From assembly GCA_963663165.1 (NCBI GenBank), contig OY760175.1, forward strand, positions 1,728,001 to 1,792,000: DNA of 64,000 nt, in the 5' to 3' direction. The DNA is from an uncultured Desulfospira sp. (GTDB lineage Bacteria > Desulfobacterota > Desulfobacteria > Desulfobacterales > Desulfobacteraceae). A model generated the notes under the pieces. The model was not told where the DNA came from. It saw nothing but the letters and a program-made list of their open reading frames with translations, and did not search any database. The position numbers and the translations under genes are program-made. Below are positions 1 through 9,751 of the stretch, piece after piece (position 1 is the first letter of the stretch; each line of letters begins with the position of its first letter).

Positions 1-2768
1 GCCTTGACCGGCTCGTGGAAGCTTCTGTCTTCAATATCCGGCCTGAAAATCAGGGACACGGGCCGGTCATCTTCTAAAAATCCGGCCCTCTTTTTGGCCT
101 TTTTCCGCTCAACGGACAAAGTCACGGCATTGGTGTTCCGGTCCAGGGTCAACTTAAGATTAAGCACATAATACTTGCCCTGGGACGTGGGCACATGAAA
201 CCGCCACTGGCCGCCCTGGGAATGGGAAAAGACAAACCGGTCCAGGCAGTCCGGGGCAAGTTCCCGGGAATACCCCTGGAAAACCGCCCAGATCCGGCAC
301 CGTGAAAATACCATCCACCGGTCTTCAGGGGTGGTGGCAGACAGGTTGGCCGAAAGCAGGGCATCATACCGGCTGTAAAGTTCGGGCCAGCAGACCGCCG
401 CGCGCATCATCCCGCCATGGCGGGTGGTGCCCAGCAATTTTAAAAAACCGCTTTTAATAATTTCCTTTCGGGTAAAGGCGTAGTTCATGACAAGCTTGTC
501 AAAGGGAGCCAAGAACATCAGGCCGATCCGTTCCACCCGGGTGGGCTGTCCTTGAAAAATTCTTAAATCCAGGAAACAGTCCTGGGGAACCTCTTTGACG
601 GCCATGGGATGGAACAGGGCAAAAAAAGCCGTCCCATCCTCCCGGGACAAGGATTCCCGGTATCCCACAGATTTTTTGTCATTTCCGGTTTCATCCATAA
701 TCCAGGCCCGGAACGGATAAGGGCTTACAATCAGAAAAAAGAACCCGGGCGGGATCATGACCTTCCGGTGCAGATCCTTTTGTGTATCAAGCACAATGAC
801 CCGGCTCTCTTTTGCGTCCGGGTACAGGGAGCGGATGAACTGCCGGGGGTTCTGACCCAAGGCGCCGGCCTGTTTTTCAAGGTCAAGCCCTGACACATCC
901 TTATACCCGTGAACCGCGACAAAGGCCCTGAGGGCCTCGGCCTTAAGCCGCTGGTGCCGGGCCGCCAGGGGCTGGCCCGCCCCTGAGGTCCCGTTCACAA
1001 GCGCAAGATCCGCCTGGCGTGACGTTAAGGCCAGGACCTGTCCGGGGGAGAGGTCTGTTTCAAGGCGGTCACCGGCCTGGCCCAGGGTCACCTGGTCCCC
1101 GGTCAGCAGATCAAAAAAATCAGGGCCGGACCCCAGGCAGGGCTGTGCCGGGAAAACCGCCCTTGAAGGCCGGTCACAGTCCAGGTTGACCAGGATCACC
1201 AGGGCGGCATCCTTTAATTTGTTCTGCCGGAGAAGGACCAGGCACTGGTCATGATTTTCCTGGATCAGGGACAGATCAGTCCCGGCAAAAAAGGCCGGGT
1301 GGACGGCCAGAATCCGGTTGATGCGCGAGATCCGGTCCACCTGGTTGACCGGACTGCCCCAGTTCAGGCTCCGGGATTCATGGACATCAATCTTTTCTTT
1401 GGCAAACCATTCCACCCCGTTGGCAAAGCCGAACCCGCCATTGACGCTGAACAGGGCGCAAAGGGCGGTTCTCATGGCCGCATAGGTTTCAGACCGGGCG
1501 GCCAGGCGGTTGTTGTCATGGGTTTCGGCAAAATGAATGGTATGGCCACAGGTTCTTGAAATATCAAAGGCTGAAGGCAGATAGCCGGAAATCTCTTCTC
1601 TGGAATAGTTTTGAAACAGTTCGGAATAGGCCCAGTTGAAATTGGCCCGGGACAAAATATCCCGGGTGACGGCCACGGGGCCGCCAAGGCCTTCAAGGAA
1701 AAACAGGGTGCCGGGATACTGGCGCCTTACCTTGGCCACGATATACTCCCAGGCCTCCACGGGAATCATGTACCCGGCATCGCACCTGAACCCGTCCACC
1801 CCCCGCTTGCACCAATGAAGAAAAATATCCGCGATATAGGTCCAAAGCCCGGGCCGGGTATAATCCAGGCTGGTGAGATCCGCCCAGACCACCCCCCATG
1901 CCCCGGGGTTCTGAATTTTCTTATCCTCTCCCCTGACCAGCCACTCGGGATGGGTCTCATGGATGGCGGCGGCCCAGCCGGTATGGTTTACGGCAATGTC
2001 CATGAACAGGTAACCGTTACAGGCATGAACCCGGTCCGTTAATTCCATGAACTGGTCCAAAGGCGTTGCGGCCGGGTCAAACCGGGCCAGGGCCGGGTCC
2101 ACCTGGGTAAAGTTCAAGGCCGCATAGGGGCTGCCGAACCGGCCCATCCGGGCATAGGTGGTGGGGGTGGGATGGATGGGCAGCAGCAGCAGGGCACGAC
2201 ACCCGAGCTCATCAAAAATAAAGGGGACCTGCTCGGCCAGATCCCTGAACTTTCCGGATTCCGGAATCACCGTATACCCTTTTTCATCCAACATGGAAAC
2301 GGCCTGGTCCCTGGCCGGATCATCCACGGGCCGTTCCTTTGTCGCGCCGAACTGCCGGACAAAGGCATTGTAGATAATGTTGGCGCAGCAGGTTCCGGCA
2401 GGCTCCACACTGATACAGATATTGTCCCCGCCCGGCCAGACCGGCACGGTATCGTTTTCAGGCAGAAAATAACATTTGGCCTGGAAAAACCCGGTTTCGT
2501 GAAGGGGCAGAACAATGTTGAACCCTTCTTTTACCGAACCTTTCATAGGGATGTCATACCAGGCCTCATCCAGCTTGATTTCATCTTTTTCCACCCGGTT
2601 GATGATCTCGTTCCTGGCAACGGCCACGGCACCGAAGTTGGTCCGGACAAAGGCCGTGCCCTTACCCTTGCCTTGAACATCAAGGGACAGGGTAAGGGTA
2701 TCGCCGGCGTACATGACAAGGGACTGCCCCGGTAAAGGGGACTGAATGACAGCTGTTGGATGGTTCAT
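1..2768 (-). CDS. Large alpha-amylase (GH13) / glycogen debranching (amylo-alpha-1,6-glucosidase-like) protein; 5' part, runs off the left window edge
   Basis: Hand translation of segments from ATG 2768 (AGGAGG upstream) gives MNHPTAVIQSPLPG..., GRFGSPYAALNF and the GH13 nucleophile region VDGFRCDAGYMIP. The same frame is coding at the window edge (..FRPDIEDRSFHEPVK). Its absence from the ORF track is consistent with no in-window stop. Confidence 0.8.
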   Translation of the reverse strand, partial: MNHPTAVIQSPLPGQSLVMYAGDTLTLSLDVQGKGKGTAFVRTNFGAVAVARNEIINRVEKDEIKLDEAWYDIPMKGSVKEGFNIVLPLHETGFFQAKCYFLPENDTVPVWPGGDNICISVEPAGTCCANIIYNAFVRQFGATKERPVDDPARDQAVSMLDEKGYTVIPESGKFRDLAEQVPFIFDELGCRALLLLPIHPTPTTYARMGRFGSPYAALNFTQVDPALARFDPAATPLDQFMELTDRVHACNGYLFMDIAVNHTGWAAAIHETHPEWLVRGEDKKIQNPGAWGVVWADLTSLDYTRPGLWTYIADIFLHWCKRGVDGFRCDAGYMIPVEAWEYIVAKVRRQYPGTLFFLEGLGGPVAVTRDILSRANFNWAYSELFQNYSREEISGYLPSAFDISRTCGHTIHFAETHDNNRLAARSETYAAMRTALCALFSVNGGFGFANGVEWFAKEKIDVHESRSLNWGSPVNQVDRISRINRILAVHPAFFAGTDLSLIQENHDQCLVLLRQNKLKDAALVILVNLDCDRPSRAVFPAQPCLGSGPDFFDLLTGDQVTLGQAGDRLETDLSPGQVLALTSRQADLALVNGTSGAGQPLAARHQRLKAEALRAFVAVHGYKDVSGLDLEKQAGALGQNPRQFIRSLYPDAKESRVIVLDTQKDLHRKVMIPPGFFFLIVSPYPFRAWIMDETGNDKKSVGYRESLSREDGTAFFALFHPMAVKEVPQDCFLDLRIFQGQPTRVERIGLMFLAPFDKLVMNYAFTRKEIIKSGFLKLLGTTRHGGMMRAAVCWPELYSRYDALLSANLSATTPEDRWMVFSRCRIWAVFQGYSRELAPDCLDRFVFSHSQGGQWRFHVPTSQGKYYVLNLKLTLDRNTNAVTLSVERKKAKKRAGFLEDDRPVSLIFRPDIEDRSFHEPVK

Positions 2769-2864
2769 GGGCTTTTTGCGAACCTCCTTAATGTGAAAGG
2801 ATGAAGGATGAAGGCTAAAGGATGAAAAAAAATGATCCGATACACCTCATCGTTTTCAATACAC

Positions 2865-3170
2865 CTATTTTGAGTCTTTGGGCCTGCCTGGTTTTGAAGG
2901 TGCCGGTTTGGGGACGGCTTTTGGAAAAATGTCTTCCAGGTTCAGGCCCTTGATTTTTTTTAAGCAGTCTTCCAGGGCCTGTTGCTCGCTGTCCCCGGCG
3001 CCCTGGTGTTCAGGCCTTGCCACAATATTGACCAGGTTGGGCACGGCAATGTACGCCCCAGCCAGTTTTCCCTGAATTTTCTGATGAACATCAATATAAA
3101 TCATCCGGCCGTTACGAATCAGATTGTACCGGACCACCCGGGTCAGAATATCATTTACGTGCAGATCCAT
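2865..3170 (-). CDS. Hypothetical protein (101 aa)
   Basis: ATG-initiated ORF with natural composition, co-oriented upstream of the GH13 gene. Confidence 0.65.
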   Translation of the reverse strand: MDLHVNDILTRVVRYNLIRNGRMIYIDVHQKIQGKLAGAYIAVPNLVNIVARPEHQGAGDSEQQALEDCLKKIKGLNLEDIFPKAVPKPAPSKPGRPKDSK

Positions 3171-3369
3171 GTCAGATTTTCCCTATGATGATGAAGTGCT
3201 TAAAATTTTTAAATAATTTTACCATTAATTTTTATTCCAGGCAATGGCCGGCCCGGATATTCTCATCACCATCTAACATAGTGCGGCAGATCAGCCGGCA
3301 AAGCCGCTGCCAAACCATATGTTCCCTGCCGGCAAACACCACCTTCCAGGCGCTTGATGGTCATGGCCG

Positions 3370-3569
3370 TTTATATGAAAGTCTCACTAACAAGCTGAAA
3401 AGACTTTTATTTTTCGTTGTGGGCGGTGCTTGGTTGGATAACCAAGGCGGCCCGTGGCCGTTATATGAAAGAATCTGCAGCCTGCTGTAATTCTTTCATG
3501 ATTTGTTGTGGGCCGAACCGGATTAACAATCCAATCGGCCCATGGCCGTTAGTGAGACTTTCATATAAA
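3370..3569. repeat. MITE/REP-like palindromic element, copy A, with perfect 22-bp terminal inverted repeats
   Basis: TTTATATGAAAGTCTCACTAAC (3370-3391) is the reverse complement of 3548-3569; 3430-3569 is a diverged direct repeat of 4798-4937. Confidence 0.8.
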
Positions 3570-3867
3570 AAATTTTGCGTCATCTTAGGCTTTGGGATAT
3601 CCGTAACCATGATCCGCCGCAACCTGTTACTTCCGACTCTATCCCTGATTTGGTTTATGTGTGACCTTCGGGTTATGACTTTTCTGACTCCCAAATCCCG
3701 GCCAGCGGCTTTCATTAATTCCAGCGTTTTGGGGGATTTCCGGTGAGGTATGCTCAAAATTAGCCAAAAAAATAGCTATTCCAGCCCTTTTCTAATGAAT
3801 TCGGTCCGATTTTATAATGTACTCTATTTGGGATTGTTTTTATCTCAACGGCCTTTCTGATGCCGAA

Positions 3868-3915
3868 GCCCCAGCCGGGCACAGCCACAACATGATGGCC
3901 GTGCCCGGCTGGGGC
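3868..3915. terminator. Strong hairpin downstream of the toxin gene (possible terminator or REP)
   Basis: GCCCCAGCCGGGCAC ... GTGCCCGGCTGGGGC, perfect 15-bp stem; no clear U-tract. Confidence 0.45.
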
Positions 3916-4048
3916 CATATTTCAAACTTAATCATCTTTGTCAAACGTTGGTCATCCTTTGCTTGACAAAAAGCGTCTTCCTATCCTACACCAGTTTATC
4001 CGACGCATTTTCTGGTTGGGATCATGTTCCCCAATAAATCATTATCCA

Positions 4049-4348
4049 TCATAATTTCAGCAACTTTGCACCATGAAATATTCGCAGAATATATACTGTT
4101 TTTTCAGCGATTCGATAAACTACCCGATATCTTTTATATATCAGATGGCGGTAGTTGGTTCCGAAGAATTCATTTTCCGGTATGAATGGGTTGCGGTCTG
4201 GAAATGTCTCAAGAGAATATACCTTTTCCTCCAATTGCAAAATAAAATGCCTTGCATTGTTGAAGCTGTCGTCTGCAATATAATAATAGATTTTTTCCAA
4301 ATCATTTTGCGCTTCCTGGGTCAATCTAACCTGATATTTCTTTATCAC
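4049..4348 (-). CDS. Type II TA toxin, RelE/ParE family
   Basis: 99 aa, YQVRLTQEAQNDLEKIYYYI ... YRHLIYKRYRVVYRIAEKTVYILRIFHGA; overlaps the antitoxin stop codon. Confidence 0.9.
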   Translation of the reverse strand: MIKKYQVRLTQEAQNDLEKIYYYIADDSFNNARHFILQLEEKVYSLETFPDRNPFIPENEFFGTNYRHLIYKRYRVVYRIAEKTVYILRIFHGAKLLKL

Positions 4349-4610
4349 GTTTAAATTCCTCGAAAAAGTTCCGCACTTCTTTATATCGCTTGTTTTTTAT
4401 GTCTTCCTCTGCTGACATGAGAAGCTTGAGCAGGTTAAATGCATTTGCAATTTTCTCATATTCATTTGCGCCAAGAAGTACAGCCTCGGCTTTCCCATTC
4501 ACCGTTAGAACAACGGGTCGTTTAGTCTTATTTATTTGTTCAAGCACAGAGTTTGTATTCCTTTTTAAATCTGTAATTGAACGGATATCTTCTGTTATAC
4601 GTAATGTCAT
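4326..4610 (-). CDS. Type II TA antitoxin, Phd/YefM family
   Basis: IRSITDLKRNTNSVLEQINKTKRPVVLTVNGKAEAVLL; ATG 4610 with GGAGG RBS. Confidence 0.9.
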   Translation of the reverse strand: MTLRITEDIRSITDLKRNTNSVLEQINKTKRPVVLTVNGKAEAVLLGANEYEKIANAFNLLKLLMSAEEDIKNKRYKEVRNFFEEFKRDKEISG

Positions 4611-4778
4611 TAGGCACCCTCCGACCACTTAAAAGATTTAATTTGATGTTTTTACTATGCACTACTTGATGATAATAAATCAAGTTGTTTTAATTAAATC
4701 CATTCTTGAAGGCAAACATCTGCGGCCAGTCCGCAGCATGTTACTTGTTGAAGAAAGTTCCTACATTAATGCTTTCAA

Positions 4779-4937
4779 CTAACGGCCACGGGCCGTCTTG
4801 GTTATCCAACCAAGACGGCCCGTGACCGTTGTATAAAAGAATCTGCAAGCTGCTGTAATTCTTTCATGCTTTGTTATGGGCCGGACCGGATTAACAATCC
4901 AATCGGCCCGTGGCCGTTAGTGAGACTTTCATATAAA
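4779..4937. repeat. MITE/REP-like palindromic element, copy B
   Basis: Near-perfect hairpin 4781-4830; 17-bp inverted repeat 4779-4795/4904-4920; diverged direct repeat of copy A. Confidence 0.8.
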
Positions 4938-5767
4938 CTTTTCCATGGTTATGTAGTATCATTTTTTTTATCACATGCAGCACATTTTTTTCGAGGCCCT
5001 TATCCTCAATTTTATATCAGGTAGCAGGTAGCAACACATTATAATCGACGATAAGGCTGCTAATCAGCGGCGCGGCGTCTTGAGTTCCGCTGCAAAAGCC
5101 TTGTCCAGCTTTCGATGTTGCGTATCGTATTCTCATGATTGAAAATGGGGGTTTTCTTTCAGACACCCCGCTTGACTGTACCACCATGTGGCATTATCTT
5201 CTCTTTGTTATTGATCGGAAGGATAGCTGGAAGACGGGTAAAGATTTCCTGTCATTCATAGCTGCATGTCATTACAAAGTGGTATTGGGGACATGTTTAT
5301 CCCCCCCCGGGAATGTGCCTCCGGCTTGGTTTAAGAGCATTTATGCCAATGTCCAAGGAGATTTATCGAAAGGGAAAACAATACCATAAGGCAAACTTGG
5401 ACTTCGTATTTGTTGACAATTTCAAATGGTTGAAACGACCAGGGAGGTTGTATGCTTTATCGTAAAATCAAAAAAAATGGGGACGAATTATCGATTCTTG
5501 GATTTGGGTGTATGCATCTGCCGCAGACAAACAAGGGACAGTTCGGCTATGGTTTCGGGAAAATAGATGAAGAGCGGGCGAGAAACCAAATTTACAGTGC
5601 TGACGCATGAAAATTTATAGTCAATGATATCAATGACGCAGCTCGATATCCAAAATTATTTTGTCGCAAAATTTAAATAGACAAAATTTCGGCCTTTTGA
5701 TAATGTAGCATAGGGTACGAATGAGCGCCCCCCCAATCGAGACACTACATTTGAAGAGGAGGATGTC

Positions 5768-6643
5768 GTGATTGTCCAATGTGGCCGGAAAATTAAAGAC
5801 GAAGAGCTTATACAGATTTGCGAGACAGTAGAGACCTTTTCGAATTTGAGTCAGACTGAACTGGCTCATACAATATGCGAACATTTGGGCTGGTATACCG
5901 CTTCTGGTAGGAACAAGGTGGATGCCTGCCGGAAATTGCTTCTGCGACTGGAGTCCCAAGGTCTCATACGGTTGCCTGAAAAAGAGAAACTCGGTCCCAT
6001 AAAGGGCTCTCAACAGAAACTGCCGGTAGCGGACGACAGGACCCAGCCCCAAGATAAGGTAGCGGGCACGCTTTCGGATATCGGGCCGATCGTTGTCAGG
6101 GTCGCACAAGACACGGAAGAACGCTCACTGGTTAATGAATACCTGCACCGTTACCATTATCTTGGCTACAAGCGGCCGTTCGGATGTCATCTGCGTTATT
6201 TGATACAAGCTCAAGAGCGCATATTGGGATGTATGCTGTTCTCAGGGGCGGCCAAGGCGCTGACCCCGAGGGATCGATGGATCGGCTGGAGCACCAACGA
6301 ACGCTTAAGAAACTTGGGATTTGTTGTAAACAATGGACGCTTCCTGATTTTTCCGTGGGTCAAGGTCCGGTATCTGGCAAGTCACGTATTGGGTAAAATT
6401 GTCAGAGATCTGGTGCAAGACTGGGAGCGGAGCTGGGGGTATCGGCCGGCTTTGCTGGAGACCTTTGTCGACCCACAACACTTCGATGGGACGTGCTATC
6501 GGGCGGCCAATTTTAGACACCTTGGCATGACCAGCGGAAAGGGGCTTGTCCGGCAGGGTAGAAGTTACAGGACCAGTCCCAAAAAAATCTTCGTTTATCC
6601 GCTGGTGAATAATTTCCGTCAGGTTTTGAGGCAGATCGGATGA
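5768..6643 (+). CDS. DUF4338 (DruA-like) domain protein, IS passenger/accessory gene
   Basis: YHYLGY..LRYL, RDRWIGWS, VVNNGRFLIFPWV..LASHVL, LLETFVD..FDGTCYRAANF; GAGGAGG RBS; ATGA overlap with the transposase. Confidence 0.8.
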   Translation: MIVQCGRKIKDEELIQICETVETFSNLSQTELAHTICEHLGWYTASGRNKVDACRKLLLRLESQGLIRLPEKEKLGPIKGSQQKLPVADDRTQPQDKVAGTLSDIGPIVVRVAQDTEERSLVNEYLHRYHYLGYKRPFGCHLRYLIQAQERILGCMLFSGAAKALTPRDRWIGWSTNERLRNLGFVVNNGRFLIFPWVKVRYLASHVLGKIVRDLVQDWERSWGYRPALLETFVDPQHFDGTCYRAANFRHLGMTSGKGLVRQGRSYRTSPKKIFVYPLVNNFRQVLRQIG

Positions 6644-8166
6644 GCAAGCCTATCCGACGCCCCAATCGTGAGGAGATAAAGGCCAAAAGAAAGCAGTTTA
6701 AAAAGGAGCAGAGAAAATTACGTCGGGATGAAGAGGCCAGGGGATTTCAGCCGCCCTCTCATGGCACAATTTCTAACTGCAAATGCCGATATGAAAGTGT
6801 AGAACAGGAGGGGCGCATCCGCAATGAGGCCGTGGCTGAGAAAATGAGTATTTTTCGCGCTAAGCTGCCCATTCTGCTCAAACGTATGGCCAAGATTGAA
6901 GACCCTCGAAACCCTAAGAAGATAAAACACCAAATATCCACACTCATGATCTATGGGATACTGACCTTTGTGTTTCAGATGGCTTCTTGCCGTGAGGCCA
7001 ACAAAGAAATGAGCCGGCCGATGTTCTGGAAGAATCTTCAATATTTTTTCCCGGAGCTTGAAACGCTTCCCCATCATGATACGTTAAAACGCCTATTGTC
7101 TAAGATTGATATCAATCAAATCAAGAAGCTTCATCTCGATCTGGTCAGAGATCTGATCCGGAAAAAGAAATTTCGACGGTACCTGGTCAATGGCTGTTAT
7201 CCGATTGCCATAGATGGTACAGGTAAATTCAAACGCGACTGGCTTTGGGATGAAGAGTGCCTGGAACGTAACATCAAGAAAGAGGATGGCACCAGGAAAC
7301 AGTATCATGTCTATGTTCTGGAAGCTAATCTTGCGTTTTCCGATGGCATGAGCATTCCGCTGATAAGCGAAATCCTGAGCTACACCGAAGGAGATACCGC
7401 TAATGATAAGCAGGACTGCGAACTCAAGGCGTTTTACCGGTTAGCCTCTTGCCTGAAGGCGGCATTTCCCGCCCTAAAAATTATGGTGCTTTTGGATGGG
7501 CTTTATGCCAAGGGCCCCGTGGCAGAAATTTGCCGAACAAACAAATGGCAGTTCATGATTGTACTGAAAGATGACGCTCTACCCAGCGTAATGAATGAAT
7601 TTGAAACGCTTGCCGCACTCGATACAGAAAACTGCCACCAACACACATGGGGCAATAGGAAACAGGTTTTTCGGTGGATCAACGCCATTGACTACCGGTT
7701 TGGTCCGAACGGCAAGAAAAGTCAAATCCTGCACGTTGTTGAATGCAAAGAGAGCTGGAAAGAGGTTAGCCGGGAAAGCGGTCAACCGGAAAAGAAAAAT
7801 AGTCGTCATGTGTGGTTGTCCAGCGAACCTTTGGACAGATTTAATCTTCACGAACGATGCAACATAGCCGCCCGTTCCCGTTGGTGTATTGAAACCGGTA
7901 TTCTCGTTGAGAAACATCATGGATATGAGTACGAGCACTGTTTTTCGTATGATTGGAACGTCATGAAGGGGTATCATGCCTTGATGCGCCTGGGCCATAT
8001 GTTTAACGTTTTGGCCAGATACTCGCAGCGGCTTGCCAGGATTATTGAAGATACCGGCGCACGGGGCCTGATTCGTTTAGTCCGGGATACCATGTCCGGC
8101 CCGTGGCTGGATTACATGTGGCTGGAAGATCGTCTGTCCACTCCCTTTCAACTCCGATTAGTATGA
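6640..8166 (+). CDS. DDE transposase
   Basis: IEDPR N-terminal motif and putative catalytic triad AIDGT / LLDGLYA / RWCIE; lies within the TIRs. Confidence 0.9.
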   Translation: MSKPIRRPNREEIKAKRKQFKKEQRKLRRDEEARGFQPPSHGTISNCKCRYESVEQEGRIRNEAVAEKMSIFRAKLPILLKRMAKIEDPRNPKKIKHQISTLMIYGILTFVFQMASCREANKEMSRPMFWKNLQYFFPELETLPHHDTLKRLLSKIDINQIKKLHLDLVRDLIRKKKFRRYLVNGCYPIAIDGTGKFKRDWLWDEECLERNIKKEDGTRKQYHVYVLEANLAFSDGMSIPLISEILSYTEGDTANDKQDCELKAFYRLASCLKAAFPALKIMVLLDGLYAKGPVAEICRTNKWQFMIVLKDDALPSVMNEFETLAALDTENCHQHTWGNRKQVFRWINAIDYRFGPNGKKSQILHVVECKESWKEVSRESGQPEKKNSRHVWLSSEPLDRFNLHERCNIAARSRWCIETGILVEKHHGYEYEHCFSYDWNVMKGYHALMRLGHMFNVLARYSQRLARIIEDTGARGLIRLVRDTMSGPWLDYMWLEDRLSTPFQLRLV

Positions 8167-9336
8167 CGGCAACGACGGACGGGTAATCGAAAACACTCTC
8201 CCAAGCAGAGAGGTGGGAACGCTATGTTCGGACCGAAGGACCGTCTTTCGTTTCGGCCATAGTCAGTGTCTGAAGGACTGCCTTTTTGAATTAAAAAAGG
8301 CTGGATCTCCCCCCAAAGGGAGTGGTTAGATCGACTAAAGCCAACCTTTTTTTATTCATGCGTCAGCACTGCCAAATTTACGAGGCAATTGACAATGGCG
8401 TCAATTATATCGATACGACAATGATTAATCAAAATGGGGAGTCTGAAACTTTTTTAGGAAAAATATTGTCTGATGGATATCGGGATAAAATACATCTTAC
8501 GACAAAGCTTTTACCCGCTTATGTAAAAAAGCGTGAAGATATGGATCGACTTTTAAATTCGCAACTGGCAAATCTGCAGACTGATTATGTGGATTATTAT
8601 TTTCTTCATGCCATGAACCGGTCGTATTGGAACAGGCTTAAGTCATTGGGAGTTCTTGAGTTTCTTGAAGCCGCCAAAAAGGATCAACGCATTAAAAATA
8701 CGGGTTTTTCGTTTTATGGCGATCTTGATACGTTCAAAGAAATTATTGATTCCTATGACTGGCCGGTCTGCCAGATTCGATACAATTATTTGGATGAATT
8801 GACTCAAGCCGGTAAAAGTGGATTAGAGTATGCAGCAGAAAAAGGCGTTGGCGTGATCGTTATGGAATCTTTAAGACGGGGGCGGCTTGTAGGAGAAACA
8901 CCGGAAACGGTTGAAAAAATTTGGGAAGAGGCTGAACAAAAAAGGAGTCCGGCTGAGTGGGCTCTTCGGTGGGTCTGGAATCATCCGGAAGTCTCGGTGG
9001 TTCTTTCCGGCATGAATGAAGAAGAACATGTCAGAGAAAATATAAAAATTGCAAACCAAGCTATGCCGCAGTCATTGAGTCCGCATGAAGTGGATGTAAT
9101 GAACAGGGTTAAACATCAGTATAACGAATTGAAGAAAAATGGGTGTAGAGGATGCGGTTTGTGTAATTCATAAACATCAATCTCCCTGTCAAAAACGATA
9201 ATGGAAGGGCTGATAAGGGATTTTCCGGGGACAGTGTACCTATTAGTCTAAATCAAAACAGGGATGCTGTCCCCTGATTCTTATGATCTATCCTCGCCCA
9301 AGCCTATTTCAAAGCAGCATTCAATGGCAGAAGCCA

Positions 9337-9455
9337 GGGGGGGGGCGCGCTTTTTGTGCCCACCATTTGTCAAAAATTCGATTCCATCATATTCATCGTT
9401 TAGAGGCCAGGTGTTATGCCCCAAATGGTGGGCAACGCTGCGCTTTTGCCCACCC
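9337..9455. repeat. Degenerate REP-like inverted pair
   Basis: GGGGCGCGCTTTTTGTGCCCACCAT ... ATGGTGGGCAACGCTGCGCTTTTGCCCACCC. Confidence 0.5.
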
Positions 9456-9733
9456 AAATGGTCCTTCATAGTATCTACTTTTCTGAGTTTTCGTATACCG
9501 ACATCTGTCGACCGGGAGTTCACATTACGGTGCTCTTCCCGGCGAACTGTCACATATTTTCTGACAGTTGCCTCTGGTGCCGGCCCACCTCCTTCATCAA
9601 TTGAAATGACGGACAGATAGAACAAACAGGTCAAGGACAATTAACTTGCCATGAGAGACGTTCTACGTCACCACAGGCAAGTTGGGGATTTTTGGAATTC
9701 AAAAAAATGATTGACTAATGGTCATTTCCATGC

Positions 9734-9751
9734 AATGAATGATCATTCATT
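9734..9751. promoter_or_regulatory. Perfect 18-bp palindrome, likely TetR-type operator upstream of acyl-CoA dehydrogenase
   Basis: AATGAATGATCATTCATT is self-complementary and lies about 190 bp before the start codon. Confidence 0.55.

Larger units (their letters stand above)
5595..8371 (+). mobile_element. Two-ORF insertion sequence (2,777 bp), DDE transposase of IS4-superfamily/ISAs1-like type
   Basis: Perfect 17-bp TIR CAGTGCTGACGCATGAA (5595-5611 / 8355-8371); 9-bp TSD CCAAATTTA (5586-5594 / 8372-8380). Confidence 0.95.
5452..9173 (+). pseudogene. Aldo/keto reductase (Fe-S-tail type) interrupted by an IS
   Basis: 5452-5594 encodes [24 protein letters not shown]...ARNQI. Removing the IS and one TSD copy joins it in frame to YEAIDNGVNYIDT...GCRGCGLCNS* (about 311 aa). 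Confidence 0.9.

Noticed and set aside
149..2735. Numerous short ORFs in the track over 149-2735
   Set aside because: They are shadows of the long minus-strand GH13 gene, which the track missed because it has no in-window stop.
2797..2827. 7-mer AAGGATG tandem repeat (and the 8-mers at 18460-18540) as phase-variation switches
   Set aside because: They are degenerate, intergenic and not clearly within a promoter spacer or coding frame.
3370..4937. CRISPR array
   Set aside because: Only two long diverged copies with internal hairpins; no regular repeat-spacer periodicity and no cas genes.
5135..5420. 84-aa ORF or c-di-GMP riboswitch (GGCAAAC) upstream of the AKR gene
   Set aside because: The ORF has no recognisable features, and the second riboswitch stem and GCAAAG-type motif are not found.
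5768..6643. Druantia anti-phage system
   Set aside because: Only a DruA-like domain is present, inside IS ends; there is no DruE helicase or other dru gene.
8322..9173. Stand-alone 283-aa aldo/keto reductase as given in the ORF track
   Set aside because: Its first residues come from the IS right end; the true 5' end is at 5452.
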